Assembly: GCF_004010195.1 (NCBI RefSeq)
Contig: NC_057760.1
Location: 426,408-490,407, forward strand
Reading direction: 5' to 3'
Length of the DNA: 64,000 nt
Source of the DNA: Chiloscyllium plagiosum
Lineage: Eukaryota
Part shown: one piece after another, positions 23,928-36,222 of the stretch
Layout: each line of letters begins with the position of its first letter
Numbering within the stretch: position 1 is the first letter of the stretch
The notes under the pieces: model-generated
Seen by the model: the letters and a program-made list of their open reading frames with translations, nothing else
Databases searched by the model: none
Told to the model about the DNA's origin: nothing
Translations under genes and position numbers: made by a program

Positions 23928-25639
23928 GGCGGGGAGGAGGGGCGAGGCGACCGCCTCAGGCCTTAAACCCGGTTTAAAAGTCCCACCGCCATCGGCCAGC
24001 CCTCCTCCTGCATCCCCCGCCCTTTTCCGACACTCCCGAGGGGCCGCCGCTGAGGGGAGGTCGCAGGCCCAACGGCCTGTCGCGGCGGGGGCACGCCGCG
24101 GCCAATCGGCGTCGGGCCAGGGGGTGGGGCCGCGGGGGGGGTTTGACGGGCGGTACGGCCAATCGGCTGTCGTGGCCGGGCGGGCGAAATGCTGATCGAC
24201 GGGCGGCTCGGCCATTCGGATTTATGTCCCCGACGGCCGGGCCGGTCGACGTCATGGGGAGGCGGGCCGTAGGGTGATCGACGGGTCGCCCCTCCAGTAG
24301 GAGTTTGACAGCCCGTCCGCATCGAGGATAGGCGGGTCGGGAGCTGATTGACGGAAGACTCGGCCAGTCGGATGTCGACAGCCGTTTTTTGCGTAGTCGG
24401 GGCGAGAACTGATTGACGTGCCAGTCGGATGTTGACGCTTCTTGACCGCCTTTCCACACTACGTCGAGGGTTTGGTGGCTGATTGACTGGCCGCTCCACC
24501 AATTGGATATCACCACTCCCTTGAAGGCCTGACCACCTGATTGACAGGCCGCTCGACCAGTGGGATGTCTGTATTCCAGTTGGTTTGCCCATCCGTGGGG
24601 CGGATGAAGAGTCTGCTCATCCAATCGGATGCTGGTATTCTGAACGGCCTCAGCAGTCGGCAGGGGTGGACGGATGATTGACAGTCGCCAATCGAGCTTG
24701 GGATAAGGTCCGGGTAATGGGCGTGGATTACTCGTGTGACTGACAGGCGAACTGTCCAATACGGTGGCGGTGTGTCTTTTGGAACCATTCGGCGTTAAGG
24801 TCAGGGTGATTGATGTTTCCATTGACGAGTCAGATGTCGTCTCTGATGGATTAAGCAATCAACGACTCGGATAGGCGTGTGTGGGAAGGAATGACGTTAA
24901 TTTCGTCCAATCGGATGCCGACAGTTTTGACGCCTTATTCAATCGACACGGAGGGAAGGACGGCCAGGTGGCGATTTGTGTGATTGACGTCGTGTTTGGG
25001 CAGGTGGGCGTGGTCTCATGCTGACCGACATGCGAGATAACCAATGAAATGCTGGAACCCTCTCGACGAATCGCATTCTGGGCAAATGGGTGGAAAGCAG
25101 TTCAGTTCGTCGGTTACTGCGCGTGCGCACGGCGCGCAAGGCAACATGGGAGTTGTAGTCTTCCCTGTCTCTTGCTGCAGAGTCAAAAGAGAAAGCTAAA
25201 TGCTGAAACTCTTGAAATAAAAACAGAAGTTGCTGGTCACTGTTGTCGAGTAGAAAGCGGCCACTCAGCCCATTGGGTTTGCATTTGTTCTCCTGCATGA
25301 GCATTATGATTTAGTGCCAATCTCCTGGCCTGCAAACCTATACATTGTCTCAATTGAAATAACTTTCTTGTTGCTTTCTTTATTGTCTCAATTGAAATTG
25401 CCTTTAATTGCACCATATTCCTTTCAACTCAGCTCAACCACTGGCTGAGTTAAATTTTGTTTACTGCTATGCTTGTGCAACACGCCTTAAAACTGTGCTC
25501 TCTGGTTCTTGATTGATAAGAGCTGTTAAGAATAGAGAGTGGTGCTGGAAAAGCACAGCAGGTCAGGCAGCATCTAAGGAGCAGGAGAATCGACTGGCTG
25601 ATTCCTGGTGAAGCCCATTCCTGATGTAGGGCTTTTGCC

Positions 25640-26725
25640 TATCTTATACGTTGCAGGCAGGGATGCCCGGAGGCATGGTGCATTGGGGAAACCGAGCAAA
25701 GGCTACGACAACGGATGAATGGGCACCGCACAACGATCAACAGACAGGAGGGTGCCCTCCCAGTTGGGGAACACTTCAGTGGTCCAGGACATTCAGCCTC
25801 GGACCTTCGGGTGACCATCCTCCAAGGGGGACTTCGGGACAGGCAGCAGAGGAAAGTGGCCGAGCAGAGGCTGATAGCTAAGTTCGGTACCCATAGGGAG
25901 GGCCTCAACCGGGACCTTGGGTTCATGTCACATTACAGGTGATCACCATTGCACTACACACACACACACACACACTCCTACACACACTCCTACACACACT
26001 CCTACACACACTCTCACATACACACGGACATAGATACACACAGATGTGCACACAGACACCCACACACACCCTTATAGACACACAGACTCCCACACATGCA
26101 CCCCCTCACAGACTTAAGACACTCTGCACTCACTATACACACACACACACTTTCTCACTCACAACCCCCACCCCAGACAGACACACACACACAGACAGAC
26201 AGATAAAGACCCACATGCACACATATTTTGTGTGGTGAATTTTTTTGGTGCTTTCAGAGTTACATTGCACTTTGCTCAAAAACCACATACATTCATGTAG
26301 AACTCTGAGCTCAAAAACTGCATGAATTTATGTAAAATTCTGTCATCTCACTTTTTAGCTTGGAATCAATCTAAACATCAGGTCATAGACAGAGAACACA
26401 GGGGGCTAACACCTTCAACACATTGTCTAGCTATCACCGTTGTTAACAGCTAACCCGAGAATGCAACTTTAAAAAAAAGGGTTTTGTGATTTACACATGA
26501 AAGAAGTGAAACTATCACTGTATTCTAACAGATGAAAGACTTCACAGACAATCAGTTCTTCAATGTATAATTTCAGTTACATCACACTGCAAATTTTTGC
26601 TATAAATTCTGTGTTACGATCGAGCCCTCCACAATCACATGATGAAGGAGTGTCGCTCCGAAAGCTAGTGTGCTTCCAATTAAACCTGTTGGAATATAAC
26701 CTGGTGTTGTGTGATTTTTAACTTT
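25640..26725 (+). mobile_element. 5'-truncated Penelope-like element: GIY-YIG endonuclease C-terminus plus 3'UTR/pLTR
   Basis: YLIRC...WCIGETEQRLRQRMNGHR...VGEHF...EQRLIAKFGT..GLNRD* (stop at 25940-25942). CA-rich UTR; hammerhead-like tgatgaaggagtgtcgctccgaaagcta at about 26640. Confidence 0.88.
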
Positions 26726-27298
26726 GTGCACTTTTAATAGACAGTCTTGCTTCACTCGAGTAAATATCAAGCCAAATCTGTTCTCTGGAGGCTGTATATT
26801 TCAGAGGTTGTGGAAACATACAAGATTCTTTAAGGGACTTGATCTGAAGAAATGTTTCCCCACTCCATGCAGGACCAGAAAGCATAATCACCGAGTAAAA
26901 GGCTCACCATTCAAGGCAGATTTAATATTGTGTATCTGTGGAATTTTTTACCACAGAGGCTGGGTCACCAGGTATATTCATGGCAGAGATAGACAAATTT
27001 TCAATTATGAGGGAGATAAAGGTTATGGGGGAAAAGCAGGAGAGTTGGATTCAGGATTATCAAATCAGTCATAATCTTGCTAAATGGTACAGCATTATGA
27101 GGGGCTAAATGGCCGCCTTCTGCTCCTATCCCTTATGGTAAATATTTCCTTGTCTTTTCCCTCTGCTTCTTTGACCAGTATTCTTGGACTCCCAAACCTC
27201 CCAGCACACATTCGTGGGAGGAACCCAGCCATCCTCTTCTGCTCTGGGTCACCACATGACTCCCACTCCCAGATCAATGCCTGTTGACACTAGTGCTG

Positions 27299-27603
27299 AG
27301 ATTAGATTCCCTACAGTATGGAAACAGGCCCTTCGGCCCAACAAGCCCACACCAACCCTCTGAAGAGTAACCCACCCAGACCCATTTCCCTCTGACTAAC
27401 ATGATGGGCAATTTAGCATAGCCAATTCACCTGACATGCACATCTTTGGACTCTGGGAGGAAACCGGGGCACCTGGAGGAAATCCACACAGACACTGGGA
27501 GAATGTGCGAACTCCACACAGATAGTTGCCCAAGGCTGGAATCGAACCTGGGACCCTGGTGCTGTGAGGCAGCAGTGCTAACCACTGAGCCACCGTGCCA
27601 CCC
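27299..27603 (-). mobile_element. HE1-like V-SINE, near full length
   Basis: A/B boxes on -, V-domain, and (aatct)n tail. Confidence 0.9.
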
Positions 27604-27750
27604 ATTAAGTGCTGCAAGAACCAGTTGCAATACAAATGTCCGCTCTGTCACTGATAGCACCGAAAAAATAAACACTGAATTGAAAAAATAAACACTGGAA
27701 CCACGGAGATATCAAGAATCCTGTATCAAAGTCCACAGCAACCGCAAATC

Positions 27751-27756
27751 TTTATT
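27751..27756 (-). terminator. Candidate RAB13 polyadenylation signal (implies an ~2.8-kb 3'UTR)
   Basis: AATAAA on - at the end of a long repeat-free block (about 27730-30520) following the RAB13 stop. Confidence 0.5.
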
Positions 27757-30520
27757 ACATCAGCATTGCACAAGAGGTGCTAAATGCAGCTACAACACCA
27801 TCCTGGCAAAGACTGGCCAAGATTCACTTTCTGGAGGCTTCAGTCTTTCTAAACTTGGGGAAGGGGACAGTGGATTGGCACAACATAGGATGCAGAATCT
27901 GCTTTGCTCAAAAACACTGACTTAAACAGAGGTTAATCCCAACGCTGGAGTGGCGCTTGGTCCAGGCAGGCTGAGTTTCATTTTCTTTCTCATCTAAATT
28001 TTAGCTTGAGCAATGGTTGGCAACAGACATAGGTAAATAACAGGTGGATAGCATAGTGGTGTGCAGTGTGATAATAAAGCACACAGTGTCACAGAGGTGG
28101 TAGGGATACAAGCCCGATGCCCATGACTGGAATTCCCTCCCACTTCAACCCGGCCACTCAACTTACTTCCTGACTTTGCTTCTCAAGTGGCCTGCACCAT
28201 GTACTGGCAGGGTATCTGACCGACGAGAGGTGGCCACTGAGGCCCAAGCAATGGCGGTTCCACATCAGCTGATCTTCCACTTCCCTGTCCCCAAGGGGAA
28301 CTGAGTCAAATCAAACACCTCTGTTACCACCACGCTCCCTCCCCAGGTATGGGTATGGAACCTAGCAGCTCCCTACCTACATGACGGGCTACCACGTTGG
28401 ACAGTGTCGCTACCTCTCCTCAGCCACTGGGAAAGAATGCTGTAAAGACCCAAACACGCAGCACCTTCACTTCCCTCACTCATGCCCCACGAGCTCTTTC
28501 TAGGGATCTCTTGGTATCTCAGGATTGTTTGTTGCAATAAATTTAGTTTCGAATCAGGACGTGCTGCTACAAAGAATACTTCAATAGCATCATTTCCCCG
28601 ACCCCCATTCCACCCACACCCGAGCCTGGAGGAGCTTAAAATCGGCCACGCTCTTTGAGGTTGGATCAAATTCCTGGACGGGCCCAGCCAAAGAATCTAG
28701 GCATGGGCAATCAATCCAGCCTTGCCAACAGAGCCCAGATAAATCGACCAGAGGGGTCACTGGCCTCCGCAGTAGGTCAAATGGGATGAATCGGAGTGAG
28801 GCCATTCACACGTCGTGTCACTGATGGTCCTGAATCACGGTGGAAGGCTTCTCCTGTTCGTCCCACGACGGCCAGACAGCCCTGTGGCCTCCAACCTGCG
28901 CCCGTTCTCAATCTCTCGGCTCACCGAACGCAAACCACCCTGTCCTCCCAGCTTTCGTTCGCAAGTGAACAGGGGAGGCTAGGGTGGGTTGTAGTGCAAG
29001 GAATCAATCGACTGCCGCACAAAGAGGTGCTTGCAGGCAACCAGCACCCCTGATTACCAAAGAGCCTGGAGACAGGAGTTTGGGTAAGGGAGGGGAGGCA
29101 GTTTCCTGATGGACACCATCCATCCCACTCTTAGAACTGACCTGCAGGTGGTAAAGGTGGAGACCCTTGCTCGTCGATGTCACCCCGAGCAATTCCTGGC
29201 TTTTCTCTGCCCCCTTTTCAAGTTGCACTAGTGTGACCTAAGAGAGGCAAGTCACTGGCATTGTCCCCTGACTTGCTTCCTCCCAAACGTTCGCCCCCCC
29301 CCCACCCCCTCCCCCAGTGGTATGGTTTTGCATGCAGCTGTTCAACCACCAGGAGCAGCCCAGCCCCATTTGTCCTCACCTGGGATCAAGACTCCTCCAA
29401 TGGCCATGTCCCCTCTGCCAACCATCTCCAGTATCCCTCCTTCGGGATCAGTCAACCTAGGGAGGGGGGGATCTGGCTTTTTAGTTTTTTTTTCCTGCCC
29501 CTTGCTCCATCTCACTCAGTCTCGCGCCATTATCTAGTGGAGTAATCGTGGCTGGTGTTCAGAAATTCCACCATTCGAGTGCCTCCCCAACTCGTTCAAA
29601 ATCCTTGACCCATCCCTGGGATTAGCCCCATCCTGAATCTTTACACTGTTAGAACCAAAACATGTTGGGGACTGTGGGAACTTGAGAAATCCCAGCACCG
29701 TTTGACAGGGGTTCAATGATAAAATGAAAACCATCCCTTTAATTCCTGGTTTCTCCAAGTTTACTGTTGACTTCCTGACCAGCTGTCCCCTGGAATTTCA
29801 GAACTGAGACGGGGGGGAGGGGAGGGGCGGAGGGGGGTTTGATGGTGGGGGAGGGTGATTATACATTAGCAGAAACGCCCTCGCTGGCCTCAATTCCTGT
29901 AGGCCAACATCCGCCCCAATGCCTGACCTTTGACCTCCATCTTCATCCTGGCACCGGGGAATTCTGTCCTGTCAAGCCCCCTAAAACCAAAAGGGCAGGA
30001 ATCTTGTCCTTGAAGAACAAGCAAATAAAAATAAAGAACAAAAAAAAAGAATGAATAATACCATTGGCTCTGGCGAGAAAAGACTTGAGGTCTTCAACTG
30101 CTTGACAAAATGTCTGCCACCATTCCCTCTTTTCCTCCCCTCCATCATCCCGCCATTGCTACAGACCCATTGAGATTCAATACATCACCCTCTCACCCCT
30201 CCCACCCCAACCCACCTTCAAGCCCCGTATATTGTACAAATAAGCAAAGCTTAAATAAGTCCCAGATTTGACCTGCTGTGGGAGGAAGTTTCAGTCACAA
30301 AGAGGAACGTGGTTTAGTGTCTTCCCCTCCCGTCCAGGGAAGAAGGGGACGGGGGGAGGGGAGGGGGCTGTAGTGAAGCTAAACCAGGTATGAAGCTACG
30401 ATGACTGACCGCTGCGTCCCCAGACGGGTCCAGTAGTTGATTTCAATAAGTTATCCACACAATGGGTCTTCGTTGAGGAGGGTTACCTGGCTCTCTGTTG
30501 TGTGCGTCACGTTCTGAGTC

Positions 30521-30595
30521 TTAAACTAAGGAGCACTTGGAGCTTGACTTCTGTGGGCTTTCCAGAGGGGTCTTATAGCTGGGGGACCCAAAGCC
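30521..30595 (-). CDS. RAB13: RAB13 last coding exon (GFGSPSYKTPLESPQKSSSKCSLV*), CaaX-type prenylation motif
   Basis: ttccttcaaacctag| acceptor; TAA at 30521-30523; single-Cys KCSLx C-terminus typical of RAB8/RAB13. Confidence 0.85.
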   Translation of the reverse strand, partial: GFGSPSYKTPLESPQKSSSKCSLV

Positions 30596-30683
30596 CTAGG
30601 TTTGAAGGAAACAAATCGTCAAGTTAGACAAAAGCAAAATGAAGGAGGGGGAGAAATTGAGAGTAAAAGTGAGAGAGAGAGGG

Positions 30684-30715
<32 letters not shown>

Positions 30716-32060
30716 CGTGCATAATTTCTAATTCTCGAGACCACAAACTACACTTTTTACATCTTGTTTTCATAAATTTTACTTCAGTCAGAGGTGGCCT
30801 TCATTCTGCTACTAACACCCATCCTAGCACTGTCATCTCTCTCCAAACACTACAACCTTTTCCTTTTAAGGATTAGATTAGATTCCCTACAGTGTGGAAA
30901 CAGGCCCTTCGGCCCAACAACTCACACCGACCCTCCGAAGAGTAACCCACCCAGACCCACTTCCCTCTGACGAACGCATCTAACACTGTGGGCAATTTAG
31001 CGTGGCCAATTCACCTGACCCTCTTTTGTTCCATGATCCTTTTGATCTCTTAATCCTCCTTTGTCCTCTAGCCTGCTCTTCCCTCCTGTTTGTAGAAATA
31101 TAGATGCAGGAGGAGGCCATTCAGCCATTTGAGCCTGCACCACCATTCAATATGATCGTGGCTGATAGAGGCATCCAGCAGGGAAACAGACCCTTCGGTC
31201 TAACCAGTCCATGCCAAACATAATCCCCAAACTAAACTAAACTAAACTAGTCCCACTTGCCTGCTCCTGACCCATATCCCTCCAAACCCTTCCTGTTCAT
31301 GTACTTATCCAAATGTCTTTTAAACGTTGTCACTGTACCCACACCCACCACTTCCTCAGGAAGCCCATTCCACACACGAACCACCTGCCCCCCCCGCCAT
31401 TTTAAAATATATTTCCTCTCACTTTAAAAATGTCCCCCCCCCCCCCCGCAGTCTTGAAATCCCCTCCCTTAGGGAAAAGACACCTACCATTAACTTTATC
31501 TATAACCCCTCATTATTTTATAAACTTCTAGCAGGTCACCTCTCAACCTCCCATGCTCCAGTAAAAGAAGTCCCAGTCTAACTCAAGCTTTCCACACCCG
31601 GCAACATCCTGGTAAATCTCTTCTGAACCCTCTCCAGTTTAATAATCTCCTTCCTGTAACGGGGCGACCGGATCTGGACCCAGTACTCCAGACGAGGCCT
31701 CACCAATGTCCTGTACAACCCCATCATGTCGTCCCCAACTCCTGTACTCAAAAGGACTGAGTAATGAAGGCAGGCATGCTAAACACCTTTTTAAACCACC
31801 AGCCCCCCTCCATGTGAAATGAATAGAGGAGCTGAATAAAATAGAGAAACGCCACAGGAAAATACAACATAGCGGGATTTGAAGGTCCTTTTGTAGGAAT
31901 CACATAAAGCTAGTTTATAGTTTTAATAGGAAATAGGTAAGGCAAATGGAACGTTGGTCTTTATTTCAAAGGGGAATAGAGTATTAAAATGCGGAGCTCT
32001 TGTAAAACGAGACAAGGCGATGGTTAGACTACACTTACAATAGTGAACTGTTGGGTCCTA

Positions 32061-32268
32061 TAGTCAGTTCTGCTATAACATGGTAGGACTGTGCTCGTGC
32101 TATAAGCAAATCATGTAATAGCTGCACTGTTTAAACTAATGGGGCTGGAATTGTGTTATGTAGCCAAGACACGCTTTAAACGTCCGTGCTATAGAAACAC
32201 TATCCCCAATTCAATCGAGTTGCAGCGAATTTGCACTGACGAAACGCGTGTTATTGCAAAGCGACCTG
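32061..32268. mobile_element. Possible Tc1/mariner(Tigger)-type MITE remnant inside a LINE
   Basis: Imperfect terminal inverted repeats (tagtcagttctgctataac ... gttattgcaaagcgacctg), preceded by TA. Confidence 0.4.
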
Positions 32269-32371
32269 TGCAAGCACTGGAAGCAAGTGCAGAGATAGTT
32301 CACTGGATTGATCTTCAGAGACAGAGGTACTGCCTTATGAGGACTGGTTTGAGTAAGGACCCTACTTAACC

Positions 32372-33460
32372 AGCCCAAGCTTGCAAAAGTCACCACCAAA
32401 AACTGGTGGTGTGGTCAACATCGAAGAAGGTTACCTCCGATTACCACGGGATTTTGATCAGACGGGCCAATGGGCTGAGGAGTGGCAGGCGGAGTTTGAT
32501 TTAGGTAAATGCGAGGTGCTGCATTTTGGAAAGGGAAATTAGGGCAGGACTTAATGGTAAGGTCCTAGGGAGTGCTGCCGAACAAAGAGATCTTGGAGTG
32601 CAGGTTCATAGCTCCTTGGAAGCTGCAGGTAGATAGAATAGTGAAGGTGGCGTTTGGTATGCTTGCCTTCAGTGAACTGAGTATAGGTGCTGGGAGATCA
32701 TGTACAGAACATTGGTCAGGCCACTTTTGGAATACTGCGTTCAACTCTGGTCTCCCTGCTATAAGAAGGATGTTGTGAAACTTGAAAGGGTTCAGAAAAG
32801 ATTTCCAAGGATGTTGCTGGGGCTGGAGGGTTTGAGCTATAGGGAGAGGCTGAGGCTATTTTCCCTGGAGGGTCGGAGGCTGAAGGGTGACCTTTATAGA
32901 GGTTTATAAAATCATGAGGGGCATGGATAGGGTGCACAGTCAAGGTATTTTCCCAGGGTAGGGTCATAGAGGTCATAGGTCTAAGATGAGAGCAGAAAGA
33001 TTTAAAAGGGGCTCGAGGGGTAACTTTATCACACATGGTGGAGCAGATATGGATTGAGCTGCCAGAGGAAGTGGTGGAAGCTAGCACAATTCCAACATTA
33101 AAAGGCATCTGGATGGGGACATGAATAAGAAGGGTTGGGAGGGATATGGGCAAAATGCTGGCAAATGGGACTAGATGAATTTAGTTCAGAAAAGATTTAC
33201 AAGGATATTGCCAGGTTTGGAGGATTTGAGCTATAGGGAGAGGCTGAACAGGCTGGGGCTGTTTTCCCTGGAGCGTCGGAGGCTGAGGGGTGACCTTATA
33301 GAGGTTTACAAAATTATNNNNNNNNNNNNNNNNNNNNNNNNNNNNNNNNNNNNNNNNNNNNNNNNNNNNNNNNNNNNNNNNNNNNNNGTTGGGATATCTG
33401 GTCGGCATGGACGGGTTGGACCGAAGGGTCTGTTTCTGTGCTGTACATCCCTATGACTCT
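32372..33460 (+). mobile_element. CR1-type LINE 3' fragments (two abutting; 70-N gap at 33318-33387)
   Basis: YRTLVRPLLEYCVQLWSP and [30 protein letters not shown] motifs. Confidence 0.9.
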
Positions 33461-33789
33461 AAATTTTTCTCACACAGTAGCACACTGTGTTCCTTGTTAC
33501 ATTGGTATTCTTGCAAAGTGTCCTGATGAGTGAAAAACTTCCACAAAACATGCTTGTTTTATCCAGCAATACTCAATTTCTGTACTAACACACATGGCAT
33601 TACTTAGATTAGTCCCACAGACCCTCAAAGCAGCAGCATCAATCCTCCAAATACACCCATCAAAAGACTATTACAAAGCAAAGTCCAGCAACATAGGCAG
33701 GAGAGTAGAGATAGGTGACCCTTTTGGGCTTACTAACGAGGTAGTTCACTGTGGCCGGGACAAGGAAACCGATCTTGCAGTAAACTTAC

Positions 33790-33840
33790 TGATTTCTTGC
33801 TCGTCTTTATTAATATGTCATGGGCGAGTGCTCGGAAAGC
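33790..33840 (-). CDS. RAB13: RAB13 penultimate exon (51 nt; AFRALAHDILIKTSKKS)
   Basis: ttttccaacag| acceptor and |gtaagt donor; matches the AF..LA.DIL.K helix alpha5. Confidence 0.88.
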
Positions 33841-34061
33841 CTGTTGGAAAAGGAACGGACTTAAATTCAGCACAAACAGGCTAGCAGACAGGTCAGAGTA
33901 CGCTCAAAATCTTTCAACTGCACTGAAAAAGCATTTCACAGAATTACTGTCAAAGGCAAATTGCTAAAGACTGGTCCGATATGCATCACTCCTGACGTAG
34001 GAGAAACAGCAGAGGTGACAGGGAACGGCCTAGTGGTATTACCCCTGGACTGTTAATCCAG

Positions 34062-34283
34062 GGAGGCTGAAGTGGATACTTGCATATACTGGAGATCAGG
34101 GTCAAGGTGAGAGTGGCGCTGGAAAAGCACAGCAGGTCAAGCGGCATCCGAGGAGCAGGAAAATCGACGTTTCGGGCAAAAGCCCTTCTATCAGGAATGC
34201 CCTTTAGCCCCAAACGTCTACTTTTTCCCTGCTCCTCGGATGCCGCCTGACCTGCTGTGCTTTTCCAGCACCACTCTCATCTT
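34062..34283. mobile_element. Fold-back Penelope-like mini-element inserted in an older SINE
   Basis: Inverted arms; degenerate hammerhead; imperfect TSD gactgttaatccag / gactgtgaatctag. Confidence 0.65.
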
Positions 34284-35963
34284 GACTGTGAATCTAGAGA
34301 CCCGGGTAACATTCTGGGGACCTGGGTCACACCAAGCGGAATTTGAATTCATTTGTTAAAAAGGTGTGGAATTCAGAGTCTAACGATAAGCATTGTTGGA
34401 AAAAAAAACCCCATCCAATGTCCTTGAGGGAAGGAATCTGCCATCTCTTACCTGGTCTGGGCCTACACGTGACTCCAGACCCACAGCAATGTGGTTGAGT
34501 CGTAACTCCCTCTAAGCAATCAGGGATGGGCGATAAATGGTGGCTGGGGATCCCATGAACGAATAACAAAACTGGATTTCAACTAACAGCAGCATAACAC
34601 ATGACCAAATTTATTTTGCTTTATGTTAATTAACCAAAGCAAGACCTTGGTCTCAGGAGAGAACAGAGCCCAATCCTCCCTTTGTTATACTTTGACATCT
34701 GCCTGAACAGACACCTTTTTTGTTGGATTTGATTTATTATTGTCACATGCACCTACGTACGGTTTTGCATGTAGATTAGATTAGATTAGGTTCCCTACAG
34801 TGCGGAAACAGGCCCTTCGGCCCAACCAGTCCACACTGACCCTCCGAAGAGTAACCCACCCAGACCCATTTCCCTCTGACTAACGCTATGGACAATTTAG
34901 CATGGCCAATTCACCCTAACCTGCTCATAGAGTCATAAAGATGTACAGCATGGAAACAGACCCTTCGGTCCAACCCGTCCATGCCGACCAGATATCCAAA
35001 TCCAATCTAGTCCCACCTGCCAGCACCCGGCTCATATCCCTCCAAACCCTTCCTATTCATATACACATCCAAATGTCTCTTAAATGGTGCAATTGTACCA
35101 GCCTCCACCACTTCCTCTGGCAGCTCATCCCATTCACGTACCACCCTCTGTGTGAAAAAGTAGTCCCTTAGGTCTCTTTTATATCTTTTCCCTCTCACCC
35201 TAGACCTATGCCCTCTAGTTACATCTTTGGACTGTGGGAGGAAACCCACACAGACGCGGAGAGAATGTACAAATGCCACACAGACAGTTGCCCGAGGCTG
35301 GAATCGAACCTGGGACCCTGGTGCTGTGAGGCAGCAGTGCTAACCACTGAGCCACCATGCCACATAGTAAACAGATCAGACCATACAGAACAGAGCAAGG
35401 AATACAATGTCACGGCATGCAGAGAAGGTGCACAGAGAGCGAGATCAACATTAAAATTCAAATTTGAGTGGTCTATTCAGCACTAGGAAGAAGCTGCTCT
35501 CGAACCTGTTCATAAGGGTATACAAACTTCTATGTCTGCCTGACGGAAGAGGTTGGGATAAAGTCTAAACCAGGGTGGGGGAGGTCTTGGATTGCTCTAC
35601 CAAGGCAGCTGGAAGCAGAGATGGAGTCAACTTATGAAAGGCTGGTTTGTGTGAGTGTGGCGCTGGGAAAGCACAGCCGGTCAGGCAGCATCCGAGGAGC
35701 AGGAGCGTCGACATTTCAAGCGTAAGCTCTTTGTCAGCTCACGCTTCAAAGGTTGACCCCACCCCCCCCTGACTCGCCACACTTTTTGACTCGCACCTCC
35801 AGCGCCTGCAGTCCTCACTCTCTCCTAGATTGTGAGACGGACTGGGCTGCGTTCACGACTCGCCGTGGTAACCTGCGGACCTGGGCAGTGGGGTCAGGCA
35901 AAAATCAAGTTGGACAGAGGCCCTCCTCCCTTCCTGGTGAAACGGCGGAACCGGGAATCTTAC

Positions 35964-36029
35964 CTCTTCCACGTTCAAACTAGACTTGGCGCTCGTTTCA
36001 AAGAATCGGATCCCATGATCCTTTGCCAA
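35964..36029 (-). CDS. RAB13: RAB13 exon (66 nt; [22 protein letters not shown]), G5 box
   Basis: ctgcag| acceptor and |gtaaga donor; ETSAK G5 motif; [13 protein letters not shown] is RAB13-like. Upstream exons are not found in the window. Confidence 0.9.
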
Positions 36030-36222
36030 CTGCAGCGGGGAGAACAAACACAGACTGATCAACCTTTGAGCAGGTTATATGGAAACTACAGGTTTGCTGT
36101 ATATGACAGAAAGTGTATCTTTTATAAATGATACAGCGAGAGGTTGTTCAGCTCGTTACATCTCCACTGGCTCTTTGAAAATACACCCCCTCCCTATCTC
36201 TGTCACCCCCTCCAGTCCATAC

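Larger units (their letters stand above)
22540..25165 (-). promoter_or_regulatory. CpG island / APH1A promoter region with multiple CCAAT boxes, TGATTGAC motifs, an NRF1 site and a ZNF143/THAP11-type site
   Basis: High GC and CpG density. TGCGCGTGCGCA at 25118-25129 (NRF1 consensus). TGGGAGTTGTAGT at 25147-25159 reads ACTACAACTCCCA on the - strand. Repeated CCAAT. Confidence 0.8.

Noticed and set aside
22863..24858. Long GC-rich ORFs (209-294 aa) over the APH1A promoter
   Set aside because: Low-complexity Arg/Pro/Gly/Ala translations expected from stop-poor CpG-island DNA; no domain similarity recognised.
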